A DNA stretch of 63,916 bases, filler included, from Octopus bimaculoides (GCF_001194135.2; 7 parts of 5 records of this genome joined end to end with filler, not necessarily neighbours in it), one strand, 5' to 3'; counted from the whole stretch's first letter, positions 37,926 to 50,420 are shown. A program made the numbers and translations. The notes: generated by a model not told the origin, from the sequence alone.

Positions 37926-39088
37926 AAGATGTCAAAGTAAATAAAGAAATGATGACTAAACACGTGTGCAAACACACACACACATAGTAAGTCTAAGAAT
38001 GGAGGTGATGGTATTACATGTATTCCTTTGTTACAATCGTTTCAACAGTACATAGTCCTGATCAAGGAAGCCGGTCGGATTTTAAAATCCCCTTTAATGT
38101 GATATATATGACAGTACAATGTACGTAGTCAGGGTCTTGGGTGGAATATATATATATGTATGTATATATATTTATATACACACACACATATATTACGAGG
38201 ACTGAATGTAGCTAAGCAAAAGCAACGAGAACGTTAGCCTTCCACAGGCAGCATTTCCCGAAATTTTAATTTTAATTCTTTAGTAATCTGATATAGGTAC
38301 AGTAAAATGTTTCACCCAGATACACAGCAAAACGCCAATAGCGATTTTAAACTCCATGCTTATTAATCAGTCATTCGCATTTTATTAACATCAGAATGAC
38401 GTCTCGCATACATCTAAAATGGTCTCCATTACAATTAATCAGCCATTTCTATTCTAAAATCGTGCTGGCAGCGAGCATGCGTGAAATTGGTCTCCATTTC
38501 TGTTCAGGATTCATTTTGGAATTGTGTTTGGTTTATAAATTAACCCTTTGTTTAATACATTCTTATTTAAATATTTGGTTGATATATACCTTGGTAAGTT
38601 TAATTATGATGTACAATGGGGAATACGTTTGTGTCATTGTTACTGACTATATACTCGACTAGGCTATCAAATGCCTCTAAAAATGCCGTGGAGTCACTGT
38701 TGAAACACAGGAAGACGGCTGGCATCATCAAAACTAAAAATTGTGTAACTAAAGAAAGATTTAAACAAAAAAAAAAAATGAACGAAAAAAATAGAAAAAG
38801 CATGGAAGAAAAATAAGTACGGTCAGTTTGCAAGAGATGTGAACGCCAAGACAGACACAGAGGACCGATGGCTATAGATTGACCTGGAAGAGTGACCTGA
38901 AGACAGAGACAGAAGCACTCATATGCGCTGCTCAAGAATAAGAGTTAAGGACCAATTATATGAAGTGCAGAATTGGCAACACTACCGATAGCGACAAATG
39001 CAGAATGTTTGGTGAGATTGGTGAAACGGTATGGTTCATCGTTAGCGAAAGACCGAAATTGGCTCAATGTGAATACAAACGACACCAT

Positions 39089-39164
39089 GTGCAGGCTACT
39101 AACCCCAAGATTCCGAGTTCGATTCCAGTCAGTGATCTGAATAATAATAATAATAATAATAATG

Positions 39165-39203
<39 letters not shown>

Positions 39204-39392
39204 TCGAAAAATACCTTAGGAATGAGAACCCAGGTTCAAAATTTTCCCAGGACACCTGATGAGATGCGGAGGGTGTATCAGCCGAAACGTTGTGTTAACA
39301 ACAAACAAGATGAGGACAAATATCCGTCAAATGTAAATAATGTAAATAATGTACATAATTCCCTCATTTCTTAAATATAGAACTGTACAAAG
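39089..39392 (+). mobile_element. Composite non-coding element: tRNA/SINE-type B-box + (AAT)n + hammerhead-bearing segment
   Basis: gagttcgattcc at 39115-39126, (AAT)n at about 39141-39200, hammerhead core at 39251-39296. Confidence 0.7.
39251..39296 (+). ncRNA. Minimal type-I hammerhead ribozyme motif, stem II degenerate
   Basis: GACAC-CTGATGA-gatgcggagggtgtatcagcc-GAAAC-GTT-GTGTT; stem I GACAC/GTGTT (4 Watson-Crick pairs + 1 GU), palindromic AACGTT stem III. Confidence 0.6.
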
Positions 39393-40378
39393 TTTGTGGT
39401 TAATGAAGAGAGTAGACATGATACGAATAGTAATTAGTGTACTTGGAAGTATCAGCACTCAACTACCAGCGTGGCTAAAAAAGATCGGTGCAAGTGTGAA
39501 GGTAGAACACCTACAAAAATCAGCATTGCTTGGGACTGCAAGAATTCTTCGCAGAGTCCTTGAAGCATGAGCAGTAAACAAGTGTCACCTTAGTCTGCTG
39601 TCTGTGGACAGCTGACATTTTCCATCATAACCAGCAAAATAAGCGGTGAGTTTTGTATATATATATNNNNNNNNNNNNNNNNNNNNNNNNNNNNNNNNNN
39701 NNNNNNNNNNNNNNNNNNNNNNNNNNNNNNNNNNNNNNNNNNNNNNNNNNNNNNNNNNNNNNNNNNNNNNNNNNNNNNNNNNNNNNNNNNNNNNNNNNNN
39801 NNNNNNNNNNNNNNNNNNNNNNNNNNNNNNNNNNNNNNNNNNNNNNNNNNNNNNNNNNNNNNNNNNNNNNNNNNNNNNNNNNNNNNNNNNNNNNNNNNNN
39901 NNNNNNNNNNNNNNNNNNNNNNNNNNNNNNNNNNNNNNNNNNNNNNNNNNNNNNNNNNNNNNNNNNNNNNNNNNNNNNNNNNNNNNNNNNNNNNNNNNNN
40001 NNNNNNNNNNNNNNNNNNNNNNNNNNNNNNNNNNNNNNNNNNNNNNNNNNNNNNNNNNNNNNNNNNNNNNNNNNNNNNNNNNNNNNNNNNNNNNNNNNNN
40101 NNNNNNNNNNNNNNNNNNNNNNNNNNNNNNNNNNNNNNNNNNNNNNNNNNNNNNNNNNNNNNNNNNNNNNNNNNNNNNNNNNNNNNNNNNNNNNNNNNNN
40201 NNNNNNNNNNNNNNNNNNNNNNNNNNNNNNNNNNNNNNNNNNNNNNNNNNNNNNNNNNNNNNNNNNNNNNNNNNNNNNNNNNNNNNNNNNNNNNNNNNNN
40301 NNNNNNNNNNNNNNNNNNNNNNNNNNNNNNNNNNNNNNNNNNNNNNNNNNNNNNNNNNNNNNNNNNNNNNNNNNNNNN

Positions 40379-40413
<35 letters not shown>

Positions 40414-40597
40414 TAATAATAATAATAATAATACAAATATATATAACATACAGAAAATTGCACTACTGCACACATCCTACGCAAAACACTTTCAGTACAG
40501 TAACCATAAGAGCATCACAGCAAACCACAGCACATACCCAAGGCACACAGAGCTGCGCTCGGTAGTGAAGTGAAAGCACGTTATAAAAATAAAACTA

Positions 40598-40628
<31 letters not shown>

Positions 40629-40785
40629 TGAATTTGTGTCAACTGGGAGTTCTATAACAGTATCAATAGCAGGCCAATCTGTTATCAGTCAACAACTGAT
40701 AACAGATTACTTTTATCAGTGTGCAGCGACAAAATTGCAGATTGAGAACAGCAGTGGAGGCAACAGCTATACTAACAACAATAGT

Positions 40786-40834
<49 letters not shown>

Positions 40835-40935
40835 GTATTAACAAAAATGATGACTGATAACAATTACAGCGACAACAAGAAAACAACCAGTCATCACCAC
40901 TCACACCGAAAACACCAACATCAGAAACAAAATAT

Positions 40936-41345
40936 CATGCGTGGCTGTGAGGTAAGAGGCTTGCTTCCAGACCTCATGGTTCTGGGTTCAGTCTCACTGC
41001 ATGGCTCCTTGGACAAGCGTTTTCTACTATAGCCTCGTGTCGACCGAAGCCTTGTGAGAGGATTTGGTAAACGGAAACTGAATGAATCCCGTTTGAAATA
41101 AAATAAATATGTGTGTGTATGTATGTGTGTATGTGTGTGTGATTGCGAGTATGTTGTTGTCTGTGTTTGTCTCTCACCACTGCTTGATAACCGGCGTTGG
41201 TTTGTTTATATGCCTGTAACTTAGTAATTCGGCAAAGAATAAGTACAGAGCTTAGAAAAAGATAAGTACAGGGTTGATTCGTCCGACTAAGCGCCTCCAG
41301 GGCGATGCTCCAACCTGGTCGCAGTCTAATGACTGAACCACAGCG
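40936..41345 (+). mobile_element. SINE family B; its 3' part and flank (41160-41460) are duplicated after the gap at 41772-42070
   Basis: Head gcgtggctgtgaggtaagagg, ccttggacaag core; identical text on both sides of the gap. Confidence 0.8.
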
Positions 41346-42080
41346 ACAATAGCATCAGCAATGACAGGAACAACAAGAATAATAAGACTGTGAACAAGAA
41401 CAACAGCAGCAGCAGTAGTAATAGTAGTAGTAGTAGCAGCAGCAGCAACAGTAATATTGATCTCAAATTTAGGCAAGAAGGCCAGCAAGTTCCGGGAAGG
41501 ATGTAAGTCGATTACATCGACCCCAATGTACAACTGGTACTTATTTTGTTGACCCCCGNNNNNNNNNNNNNNNNNNNNNNNNNNNNNNNNNNNNNNNNNN
41601 NNNNNNNNNNNNNNNNNNNNNNNNNNNNNNNNNNNNNNNNNNNNNNNNNNNNNNNNNNNNNNNNNNNNNNNNNNNNNNNNNNNNNNNNNNNNNNNNNNNN
41701 NNNNNNNNNNNNNNNNNNNNNNNNNNNNNNNNNNNNNNNNNNNNNNNNNNNNNNNNNNNNNNNNNNNNNNNGTCTGTGTTTGTCTCTCACCACTGCTTGA
41801 TAACCGGCGTTGGTTTGTTTATATGCCTGTAACTTAGTAATTCGGCAAAGAATAAGTACAGAGCTTAGAAAAAGATAAGTACAGGGTTGATTCGTCCGAC
41901 TAAGCGCCTCCAGGGCGATGCTCCAACCTGGTCGCAGTCTAATGACTGAACCACAGCGACAATAGCATCAGCAATGACAGGAACAACAAGAATAATAAGA
42001 CTGTGAACAAGAACAACAGCAGCAGCAGTAGTAATAGTAGTAGTAGTAGCAGCAGCAGCAACAGTAATATCGATTAGAAC

Positions 42081-42245
42081 AGTGGAGGCACAATGGTCCA
42101 GTGGTTAGGGCAGCGGACTCGCGGTCATAGGATCGCGGTTACAATTCCCAGACCGGGCGTTGTGAGTGTTTATTGAGTGAAAACACGTTAATTTCACGAG
42201 CAGGCTGTTCCGTTGATCAGATCAGCTGGAACCCTCGACGTCGTA
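42081..42245 (+). mobile_element. SINE family C (tRNA-derived), internally deleted; a further internal piece at 42701-42750
   Basis: ggaggcacaatggtccagtggttagggcagcggactcgcggtcataggatcgcggttacaattccc: A-box tggtccagtgg and B-box-like ggttacaattcc with tRNA spacing. Confidence 0.75.
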
Positions 42246-42249
42246 CGAT

Positions 42250-42600
42250 GTGGAAAATATAGCACCAGCATTGCCCAAACAACCTGAACATTAGTTTCAA
42301 GGTTCATCTAACGCTGGGACCATGGGCCATAGTCCCCTGCCTAATTCAGGATCACAACATATAGGTACACTGTGGCATAATTTCTTTTCTTCAACAGGCC
42401 CTACTCTGTTTAACGTTGTCCCGAAACAGATAAAGGGAGTCTAGACAGATTTCTTCAAGGAATACCGGATAAGCCACCCATACCTGGATACAACTCACTC
42501 AACAAGAACTCACTACTTGAATGGACCATAAACAAAACTTGCCTTAAAAGGCATTTAGATAATCCTATCAGGTGGTGCTATTAAGTTAGACATGGCCTGG
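42250..42600 (+). pseudogene. CR1/L2-like LINE 3' end relic
   Basis: Frames give TLWHNFFS...GPTLFNVVPKQIK and LDRFLQGIPDKPPIPGYNSLNKNSLLEW. Confidence 0.7.
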
Positions 42601-42754
42601 NNNNNNNNNNNNNNNNNNNNNNNNNNNNNNNNNNNNNNNNNNNNNNNNNNNNNNNNNNNNNNNNNNNNNNNNNNNNNNNNNNNNNNNNNNNNNNNNNNNN
42701 AAGCTCCACGAGGCTCCGGCAGGGGATGGTGGCGAACCCTGCTGTACTCCAAGC

Positions 42755-43270
42755 TGGAAGTACTTGGTATAATCATCGGTTTGAAAGAGTACATGATTTT
42801 ATGGGATTTTTCAATTCAAACGGATAAAAGTCTAGAAAATAGTAAACTAGAGATAACATTAATAGGCAAGGAAAAGCGAAGCTGCTTACTAAATGATCCA
42901 TCATGTCCGTTTCATTCCAGATGGAACTGATTTCAGATAGATGAAAGATTAAAAAAAATGAAATCCCTTATAATTTGATATAACAAGAATTTGAAGTATG
43001 AAAACTGTAGAAGTGCCTGTAATAATTGGAGCGTTGAGAACTGTAAGTAAAACTACAGACAGATGGTTGAATGAGGTTGTAATAGAATGTCCTGTAGAGC
43101 CTGTAAAAAAGGTTTGCCTATAAGGTACAGGAAAGGTTATCAGAAAGATTTTGAGGAGTTGAAAGACTATTGAAAGCTTATGGTATCTAAGGTAACAGGT
43201 GGTGACTCACATAAATTCTGCTGGGAGTAAGAACAACTCAGAGTCAAAGAGAATAATAATAATAATATTA
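42755..43270 (+). pseudogene. Second R4/Dong-like RLE LINE 3' relic with (AAT)n tail
   Basis: ILWDFSIQTDKSLENSKLEITLIGKEKRSCLLNDPSCPF (PD..D region decayed), EVPVIIGAL, GTGKVIRKIL. Confidence 0.8.
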
Positions 43271-43805
43271 ATAATAATAATGATAGTGATTATGATGGTG
43301 ATGATGACAACGACGACGACTACAAATGCCTGTTAATCCTTTGCCAGGATAAGACCATAAGAACACGGTCTCACATGTCAGCTCCAATCTCAGCACAAAC
43401 ATTCATTTAACACCGTAGAGGAGGAGGACAGAGAACTTCTCTAAAAATGATGTAATTTCACTATTCTTCTCTGTGGCTTTGATCCAGAATTTACCATTAA
43501 AATACGTCTCAAAGAAAAGACTTTGATACCGACTTTGCGGAATAAAGCGCGTCAAATTATTTGTGGACAAAGTAAACTGAAATTCAGTAATGAGTGACTG
43601 AGAAATTATTTGCATTTATTTCAAATAAATTCTGTCAATGACACTGGAGCAACAACAAGTTTGTTAGCAATGCTTTTACTTTGATATGTGTTCTAAATGT
43701 ACTTCTCTATGGCTGAACCTAACTAAATATGAAATTAGAATAGGCTTGGTTGTTTCTGTAACGTTATGATAGTATTTTCCTCATTTAGGAAAGTTCACAT
43801 ATATA

Positions 43806-44345
43806 TAGGCGTAGGAGTGGCTGCGTGGTAAGTAGCTTGCTTACCAACCACATGGTTCCGGGTTCAGTCCCACTGCGTGACACCTTGGGCAAGTGTCCTC
43901 TACTATAACCTCTGGCCAACCAAAGCCTTGTGAGTGGATTTGGTACACGNNNNNNNNNNNNNNNNNNNNNNNNNNNNNNNNNNNNNNNNNNNNNNNNNNN
44001 NNNNNNNNNNNNNNNNNNNNNNNNNNNNNNNNNNNNNNNNNNNNNNNNNNNNNNNNNNNNNNNNNNNNNNNNNNNNNNNNNNNNNNNNNNNNNNNNNNNN
44101 NNNNNNNNNNNNNNNNTGTGTGTGTGTGCGTGCGCGTGTATTTGTGTCTGTGTTTGTTCCCCGACCATCGCCTGACAACCGCTGTTGGTGTGTTTACGTA
44201 CCCGTAATCTAACGGTTCGACAAAACGAACCCATAGAATAAGTACTAGGCTTACAAAGAATAAGTCGTAGGGTCGATTTGTTCGACTAAAAGCGGTGCTC
44301 CAGCATATCCGTAGTCAGATGGCTGCAACAAATAAAAGAATAAAA
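43806..44345 (+). mobile_element. SINE family B spanning a gap at its internal microsatellite
   Basis: Head taggcgtaggagtggctgcgtggtaag; tail gcggtgctccagc...aataaaagaataaaa. Confidence 0.85.
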
Positions 44346-44859
44346 TAATACATGTATATGCATATCTATCTAAATGGCGTATTCGGAATGAACAAGGTAA
44401 TGTAATCCGATGGTATGAAGAATTCCGCGAATTAGATACTCCAAAGTCAGTCAGATAACTTAGATTGGTTTCGATCACTATCGACCCAGGTCATGACTAC
44501 CCAATAGCATCACCTGGAAAAGTCTTGTAGTTACTTATTTCGGGACACCATGGACCACTCAAGCAGAGAATTGTTGGTTGAGACGTATCCAGGTTTATGT
44601 GATTTATGCAGTATTTCCTAGAGGAATTTGTCCAGGTACCTTTGAAAAGTTGTGGAGTCTTTTTCTACTTTAATTTCTTTCGGGATAGCATTTAAAAGAG
44701 TAGGACCATATATGTACATATTGTTTATATATAAGAGAAAGGTATTCTCTATATAGAATACACTTTGTCATGCTCAAGAGATTTGAACTTGAGCAGGTAG
44801 AGGAGTAAATGTAAGGACAAGTAAATTAGACAAGTCGATAGACAAAAAATATTCTTTTC

Positions 44860-45236
44860 TTTTCTACTCTAGGCACAAGGCCCGAACTTTTTAGGGAGGA
44901 AGCCAGTCGATTAGATCAACCTCAGTATACAACTGGTACTTAATTTATCAACCCCGGTGGAATTGGAACTCAGAATGTAAAGAGAGACGAAATACCGCCA
45001 AGTATTTCGTCCGGCGTGTGCTAACGTTTCTTATTTCTTTACTGCCCACAAGGGGCTAAACATAGAGGGGACAGACAAGGGATTAAGTCGATTACATCAA
45101 CCCCAATGCGTAACTGGGACATTAATTTATCGACCCCGAAAGTATGAAAGGCAAAGTCGACCTCAGCGGAATTTGAACACAGAAGGTAAAGACAGAGCGT
45201 GATACCGCTAAGTATTTCGCCAGGCGTGCTAACGAG
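44860..45236 (-). mobile_element. Two adjacent SINE A copies, one with tail A (44860-45030) and one with tail B (45031-45236)
   Basis: Tail A ...ccttgtgcctagagtagaaaaga; tail B ...cccctctatgtttagccccttgtgggcagtaaagaaataagaaac. Confidence 0.85.
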
Positions 45237-45640
45237 TGTACGTATTGCATCGAGTCCTTCCCTCAAGTTTGTTTCTAGTCATTAAGAACACATTATTGAT
45301 ATATATATAAATTGAGGGAATCGTGCAGGTAAAACTCCAGGGTACATATGTTTCCTAGCTAGCAGATGTCAGAAGTAATAATTATTTAACGTGAGGTACT
45401 ACGCTGGATATTCATCAGGCTGTAGATAACTTTGTTATATGACGGCTACAGCTTATTGAACTTCGATACTGGAAACACCTAAAAATCTTCGACGTCAAGA
45501 AACAGTTATTGTTCCTCAAAGTTGTTTTTTTTTTATACTTATCCCGGACTGCTCGAGATTACTAACTTCCTACAACTAGATCCTGGATCTTACAAACACA
45601 TATGAATGTAAATACTTATATACACAATCCCATATCAATA

Positions 45641-45771
45641 TACAGGGTGTCCACAAGGTCTGGGTACATGGAGTAAATAAAATCATAACATAAACAATTA
45701 AATATAAGAAATAATAATTTCTTAAAGTATGTGTTAAACCCCATGTACCCAGACTTTGTAGACACCCTGTA
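45641..45771. mobile_element. 131-bp Tc1/mariner-type MITE with 31-bp TIRs and TA flanks
   Basis: tacagggtgtccacaaggtctgggtacatgg / ccatgtacccagactttgtagacaccctgta (29/31 match), AT-rich 69-bp core. Confidence 0.92.
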
Positions 45772-45792
45772 TACATACATACATACATACAT

Positions 45793-45835
<43 letters not shown>

Positions 45836-47009
45836 TATATATGTATATATATATATATATATGTATATGTATATATATACATATATATGTATATATACAT
45901 ATATATATATANNNNNNNNNNNNNNNNNNNNNNNNNNNNNNNNNNNNNNNNNNNNNNNNNNNNNNNNNNNNNNNNNNNNNNNNNNNNNNNNNNNNNNNNN
46001 NNNNNNNNNNNNNNNNNNNNNNNNNNNNNNNNNNNNNNNNNNNNNNNNNNNNNNNNNNNNNNNNNNNNNNNNNNNNNNNNNNNNNNNNNNNNNNNNNNNN
46101 NNNNNNNNNNNNNNNNNNNNNNNNNNNNNNNNNNNNNNNNNNNNNNNNNNNNNNNNNNNNNNNNNNNNNNNNNNNNNNNNNNNNNNNNNNNNNNNNNNNN
46201 NNNNNNNNNNNNNNNNNNNNNNNNNNNNNNNNNNNNNNNNNNNNNNNNNNNNNNNNNNNNNNNNNNNNNNNNNNNNNNNNNNNNNNNNNNNNNNNNNNNN
46301 NNNNNNNNNNNNNNNNNNNNNNNNNNNNNNNNNNNNNNNNNNNNNNNNNNNNNNNNNNNNNNNNNNNNNNNNNNNNNNNNNNNNNNNNNNNNNNNNNNNG
46401 TACGTATGTATATATGTATGTATGTACACGTCTGTGTGTGTGTGTGTGTTCGTAGAGAGAGAGAGAGTAGATATAAATTGCAACTGAGAGGAGAGAGTAA
46501 GGACAGAACGATAGATTGAAAAGAAGGGAAGACGGTTATGAAGGAAGATTATGAGACGAAGAAATAAAGCTAAACATGGGATATTATCAAACAGATGTTG
46601 AGAAGTTGACTCAAACAAACAAATCAGATATATAAAAGTACACCAAAAAACACCCACATAAACAATGAAAAAAAAAATCATCGTTCGGAAGGATAATGAA
46701 CGTTAATGTATGTGTGAGGTGTGTGTTGAATATAGGGTTTGGGGATCAGCTTAGAAAGACAACAAACCCTTAAGGAGTCTTTACGTAGTGGGGGACCCTA
46801 GTTTTGTAGTTTGTACTGCAATACAATAGGACCGAGTCAATTGTTTGTGTGAAGAGTCCTTGTTATGTGCTCGGTGGGGGCTGGATGATGGCGAGAAAGG
46901 GAAAGAGAGCGAGAGTGAAAACGGTAAAGAAAGAAAAAAGGGACAACTGAGAGAAAAAGGGGAGATAAGTGAGGGACACTTGAAGTGGATACTGTGTATT
47001 AATACACGC

Positions 47010-47056
<47 letters not shown>

Positions 47057-47598
47057 CGTGTGTGGTTGTGTGCGCGTGTATATATTTGTGTCTGTGTGTT
47101 TATGTGTTGGTGTGTGTTCGTTTGAATGACACTTGGAATATTTTTCTACGGAGCCGGATGGCTATTAGACCGAGAGATAGAAAGATATATTAAGAGAAAA
47201 GGAGAAAGAAAGGAGTATACGAGAGAGAGAGAGAAAGAGAGAGATAGAGAGAGAGAGAGAGAATTTGGAGGAAGCGAAACGAGGAATGTGGTGGAGGAGT
47301 GACTGTGTCTGCGTAATCTCATCTATGTATTATTATGAGTTTCTGTGTGTGAGTGTGTGCGTGTGTGAGCGTTTATGCGCGCATGCGCGTGCACACATAT
47401 ACATGTGTGTTTGTATGTATATGTGTGTCTGTATTTGTTTATGTATATATATATATATATATATATATGCACGTGCACACATATATATATTCTCTAAATT
47501 CATGTGTGTAAAAAATTCTTGTGAGACTTCGTGGAAATCGAGAGCAGATTTCGTGCGTTTCTCAGTATACATACATACATGCACACATGAATACACAC

Positions 47599-47640
<42 letters not shown>

Positions 47641-47685
47641 GCGTCAACATACGAAGCACAGTTGCACATGTACAAAGATGTGTAT

Positions 47686-47722
<37 letters not shown>

Positions 47723-48073
47723 TGTCTTTCCAGTAGATCTCAAGATGTTCGCTGTAGCTCTTACACCGCTGACAGCACTTGAACGGTTTCGTTCCGCAAA
47801 TGAAGAATTAATTTGTTACAAAAGAGTGTTATACAATCATTTATACACGTACATATGACTATACATGCATACACACTCATACACGCATATAAATGTGTGT
47901 GTATGTATATAAACATATATATGCATGCATATGTATATTTATAAATACATATATATATGTATATATATATATATATATATATGAATACATGAGTATGTAT
48001 AGCTATAAATTCACACTTGTATATTAATATGTATATGTATAAATGCGTATAGTGTTTATATAACGATATATGC

Positions 48074-48115
<42 letters not shown>

Positions 48116-48121
48116 TTACGC

Positions 48122-48157
<36 letters not shown>

Positions 48158-48300
48158 NNNNNNNNNNNNNNNNNNNNNNNNNNNNNNNNNNNNNNNNNNN
48201 NTTAATTAATTAANNNNNNNNNNNNNNNNNNNNNNNNNNNNNNNNNNNNNNNNNNNNATATATATAATTTCTTTTCTTTTGCCCTTATTTATAATTGTTT

Positions 48301-48333
<33 letters not shown>

Positions 48334-48731
48334 GTATGTATGTATGTATGTATGCATATATAATATATACTAATACATCTGTTTGTTGTCTACACCACCT
48401 GTCTTCGTCTTTTGTTTTTTGTGAATTCTCCCGATATACTTCATAAGCTCTCTGTTAGCACACCAAGCTAACAATATTACTTAGATTAATGAAGAACACC
48501 AGGTAATCTTTTGGTAGGATCGAATGTTATGCTTCACCACAATTCTATATTGTAAATCCGTGGGTGGGTTCAAACAAACTGGTTTTTATAGAATGATATA
48601 TAAGAAGCAAATTAAAATAATGTTCATTACATATTTTTCCTTTATTGCAGCAAATTTGGCTTACAGCTGTTTCCAGTAGTCATTATAGGTACATTACTGA
48701 TAGGTTTACCCAAATCGTCTATTGATCAACT

Positions 48732-49031
48732 GAAGAAAATTGAACGCCCTAATAAAATTAATGCTACTTTCGTCAGAGCCATTTCTGGTTATAACAAGCA
48801 GAGCACTGAAGGAATTGCTATTGTATGGAGAAGGTGGGAGTAGATGGAAATATTCAATAAGATTAGAGAACAGAGGAAGACAGGTTACAAAGGAAGTGGA
48901 AGTAGGTAAGGATGATGTAGTAGTCATTTACTAGAAGCGGGGACATTGTATTGCCAGTGCTCTGCTTGTTATAACCAGAAATTGCTCTGACCAAAGTAAC
49001 ATTGATTTTCTTAGGTCGTTCAATTTTCCTC
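48732..49031. repeat. 77-bp inverted repeat with 146-bp spacer
   Basis: Arms 48732-48808 and 48955-49031; 7 mismatches by hand count, inner 28 bp perfect. Confidence 0.9.
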
Positions 49032-49684
49032 AATAGGCTTCCACATAGTTTTCGTCTACCACCTTCACTCAGAAGTCATGTATGATAATTACTGAAGTCT
49101 TGTAACGCAGCCTATAAAACCTTGTACAGCATTTCTGCGTCCTTTAGTTTTGCCAACATCAAAGAACAATTGACCTGATAACATCCTCTTTTTAAAAGCA
49201 TAACATTTCATTAATTAAAAACTTTAAAAAAATGAAGTATCATTTTACTGCATCAAAGACCATGAAATTGCAAGAGAAATGTATACTTGACATACCATCT
49301 ATTAACATTAAACAAATCTCAGTTACTCTATATTTCACGTCACAAGCTTAAACAACGGCCTTCTAAAGATATCTAAGGATAAATTATTCACTTGGCCTGG
49401 AAAACTGAATAATATATTAATAAATGTTTCAAATAACATAGGTTAATGTGTATTTTTACCAACAGCGCGTTAAAATAACTGATAGTCTGTTGTTTGGGGA
49501 AACACTGAAAGTATTGTTGAGGAGTGAATAATATACAGAAGTGTATGTATGAGAGTGTATACATATGTAAATGTGTATTGTATTTGTACCGTATATGATT
49601 AAGTCTCCATGCGTGTACAAGTTTATGCGTGTTCTATACATACGTGATCGTGTGTCATGCTTTTGTATGCTTATATATGTAACT

Positions 49685-49895
49685 AAATGTGGATTGTTGG
49701 CGATTTTTTCCTCTGTCTTCCTTTTCTCTAGGACTTTCCTCTATCTCTTGTTTCTGAAGAAGATCCTTGCTCGAAACGTAAAAAACACCCTTTCCTTTCT
49801 TTCTTTCCCCGGGAGTCTTTTAGTAATCTGCAGGAACCATGTCCTCGTGTTGTTTTTGTCTTGTGTTTTTTTTCGTTGTATTTTTGGACTAACTA
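49685..49895 (+). mobile_element. Second copy of the hammerhead-bearing repeat (motif 49750-49786, partly decayed)
   Basis: GTTT-CTGAAGA-A-GATC-CTT-GCTC-GAAAC-GTA-AAAAAC; flanks align with the reverse complement of 4585-4780; 3' end abuts (TA)n. Confidence 0.7.
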
Positions 49896-49905
49896 TATAT
49901 ATACA

Positions 49906-49949
<44 letters not shown>

Positions 49950-50359
49950 NNNNNNNNNNNNNNNNNNNNNNNNNNNNNNNNNNNNNNNNNNNNNNNNNNN
50001 NNNNNNNNNNNNNNNNNNNNNNNNNNNNNNNNNNNNNNNNNNNNNNNNNNNNNNNNNNNNNNNNNNNNNNNNNNNNNNNNNNNNNNNNNNNNNNNNNNNN
50101 NNNNNNNNNNNNNNNNNNNNNNNNNNNNNNNNNNNNNNNNNNNNNNNNNNNNNNNNNNNNNNNNNNNNNNNNNNNNNNNNNNNNNNNNNNNNNNNNNNNN
50201 NNNNNNNNNNNNNNNNNNNNNNNNNNNNNNNNNNNNNNNNNNNNNNNNNNNNNNNNNNNNNNNNNNNNNNGACGTTAAGATATCACCGAGGATTCCATGT
50301 GATACATTTGATAATTGTTGAGGCATTCATTAACACACAAATAAAGAATATGTATATAT

Positions 50360-50420
<61 letters not shown>

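Larger units (their letters stand above)
38615..39650 (+). pseudogene. R4/Dong-like restriction-like-endonuclease LINE 3' relic, interrupted at about 39090-39390
   Basis: SDLKTETEALICAAQE, LRTNYMKCRI...DKCRMFGEIGETVWFIVSERPKLAQCEYKRHH (degenerate CCHC knuckle), then IVISVLGSI...EHLQKSALLGTARILRRVLEA*. Confidence 0.85.

Noticed and set aside
38509-38594. Possible plus-strand exon (ttctgttcag ... ttg|gtaagt)
   Set aside because: Very AT-rich, no homology, adjacent to a LINE relic; compatible with chance splice-like motifs.
41160-42070. 300-bp exact direct repeat resembling LTRs
   Set aside because: Copies flank an N-gap and are identical SINE plus flank text; likely assembly overlap, with no PBS, PPT or TG..CA ends.
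42081-42155. Possible tRNA gene
   Set aside because: Cloverleaf imperfect, B-box mutated, continues into a SINE body; treated as a tRNA-derived SINE head.
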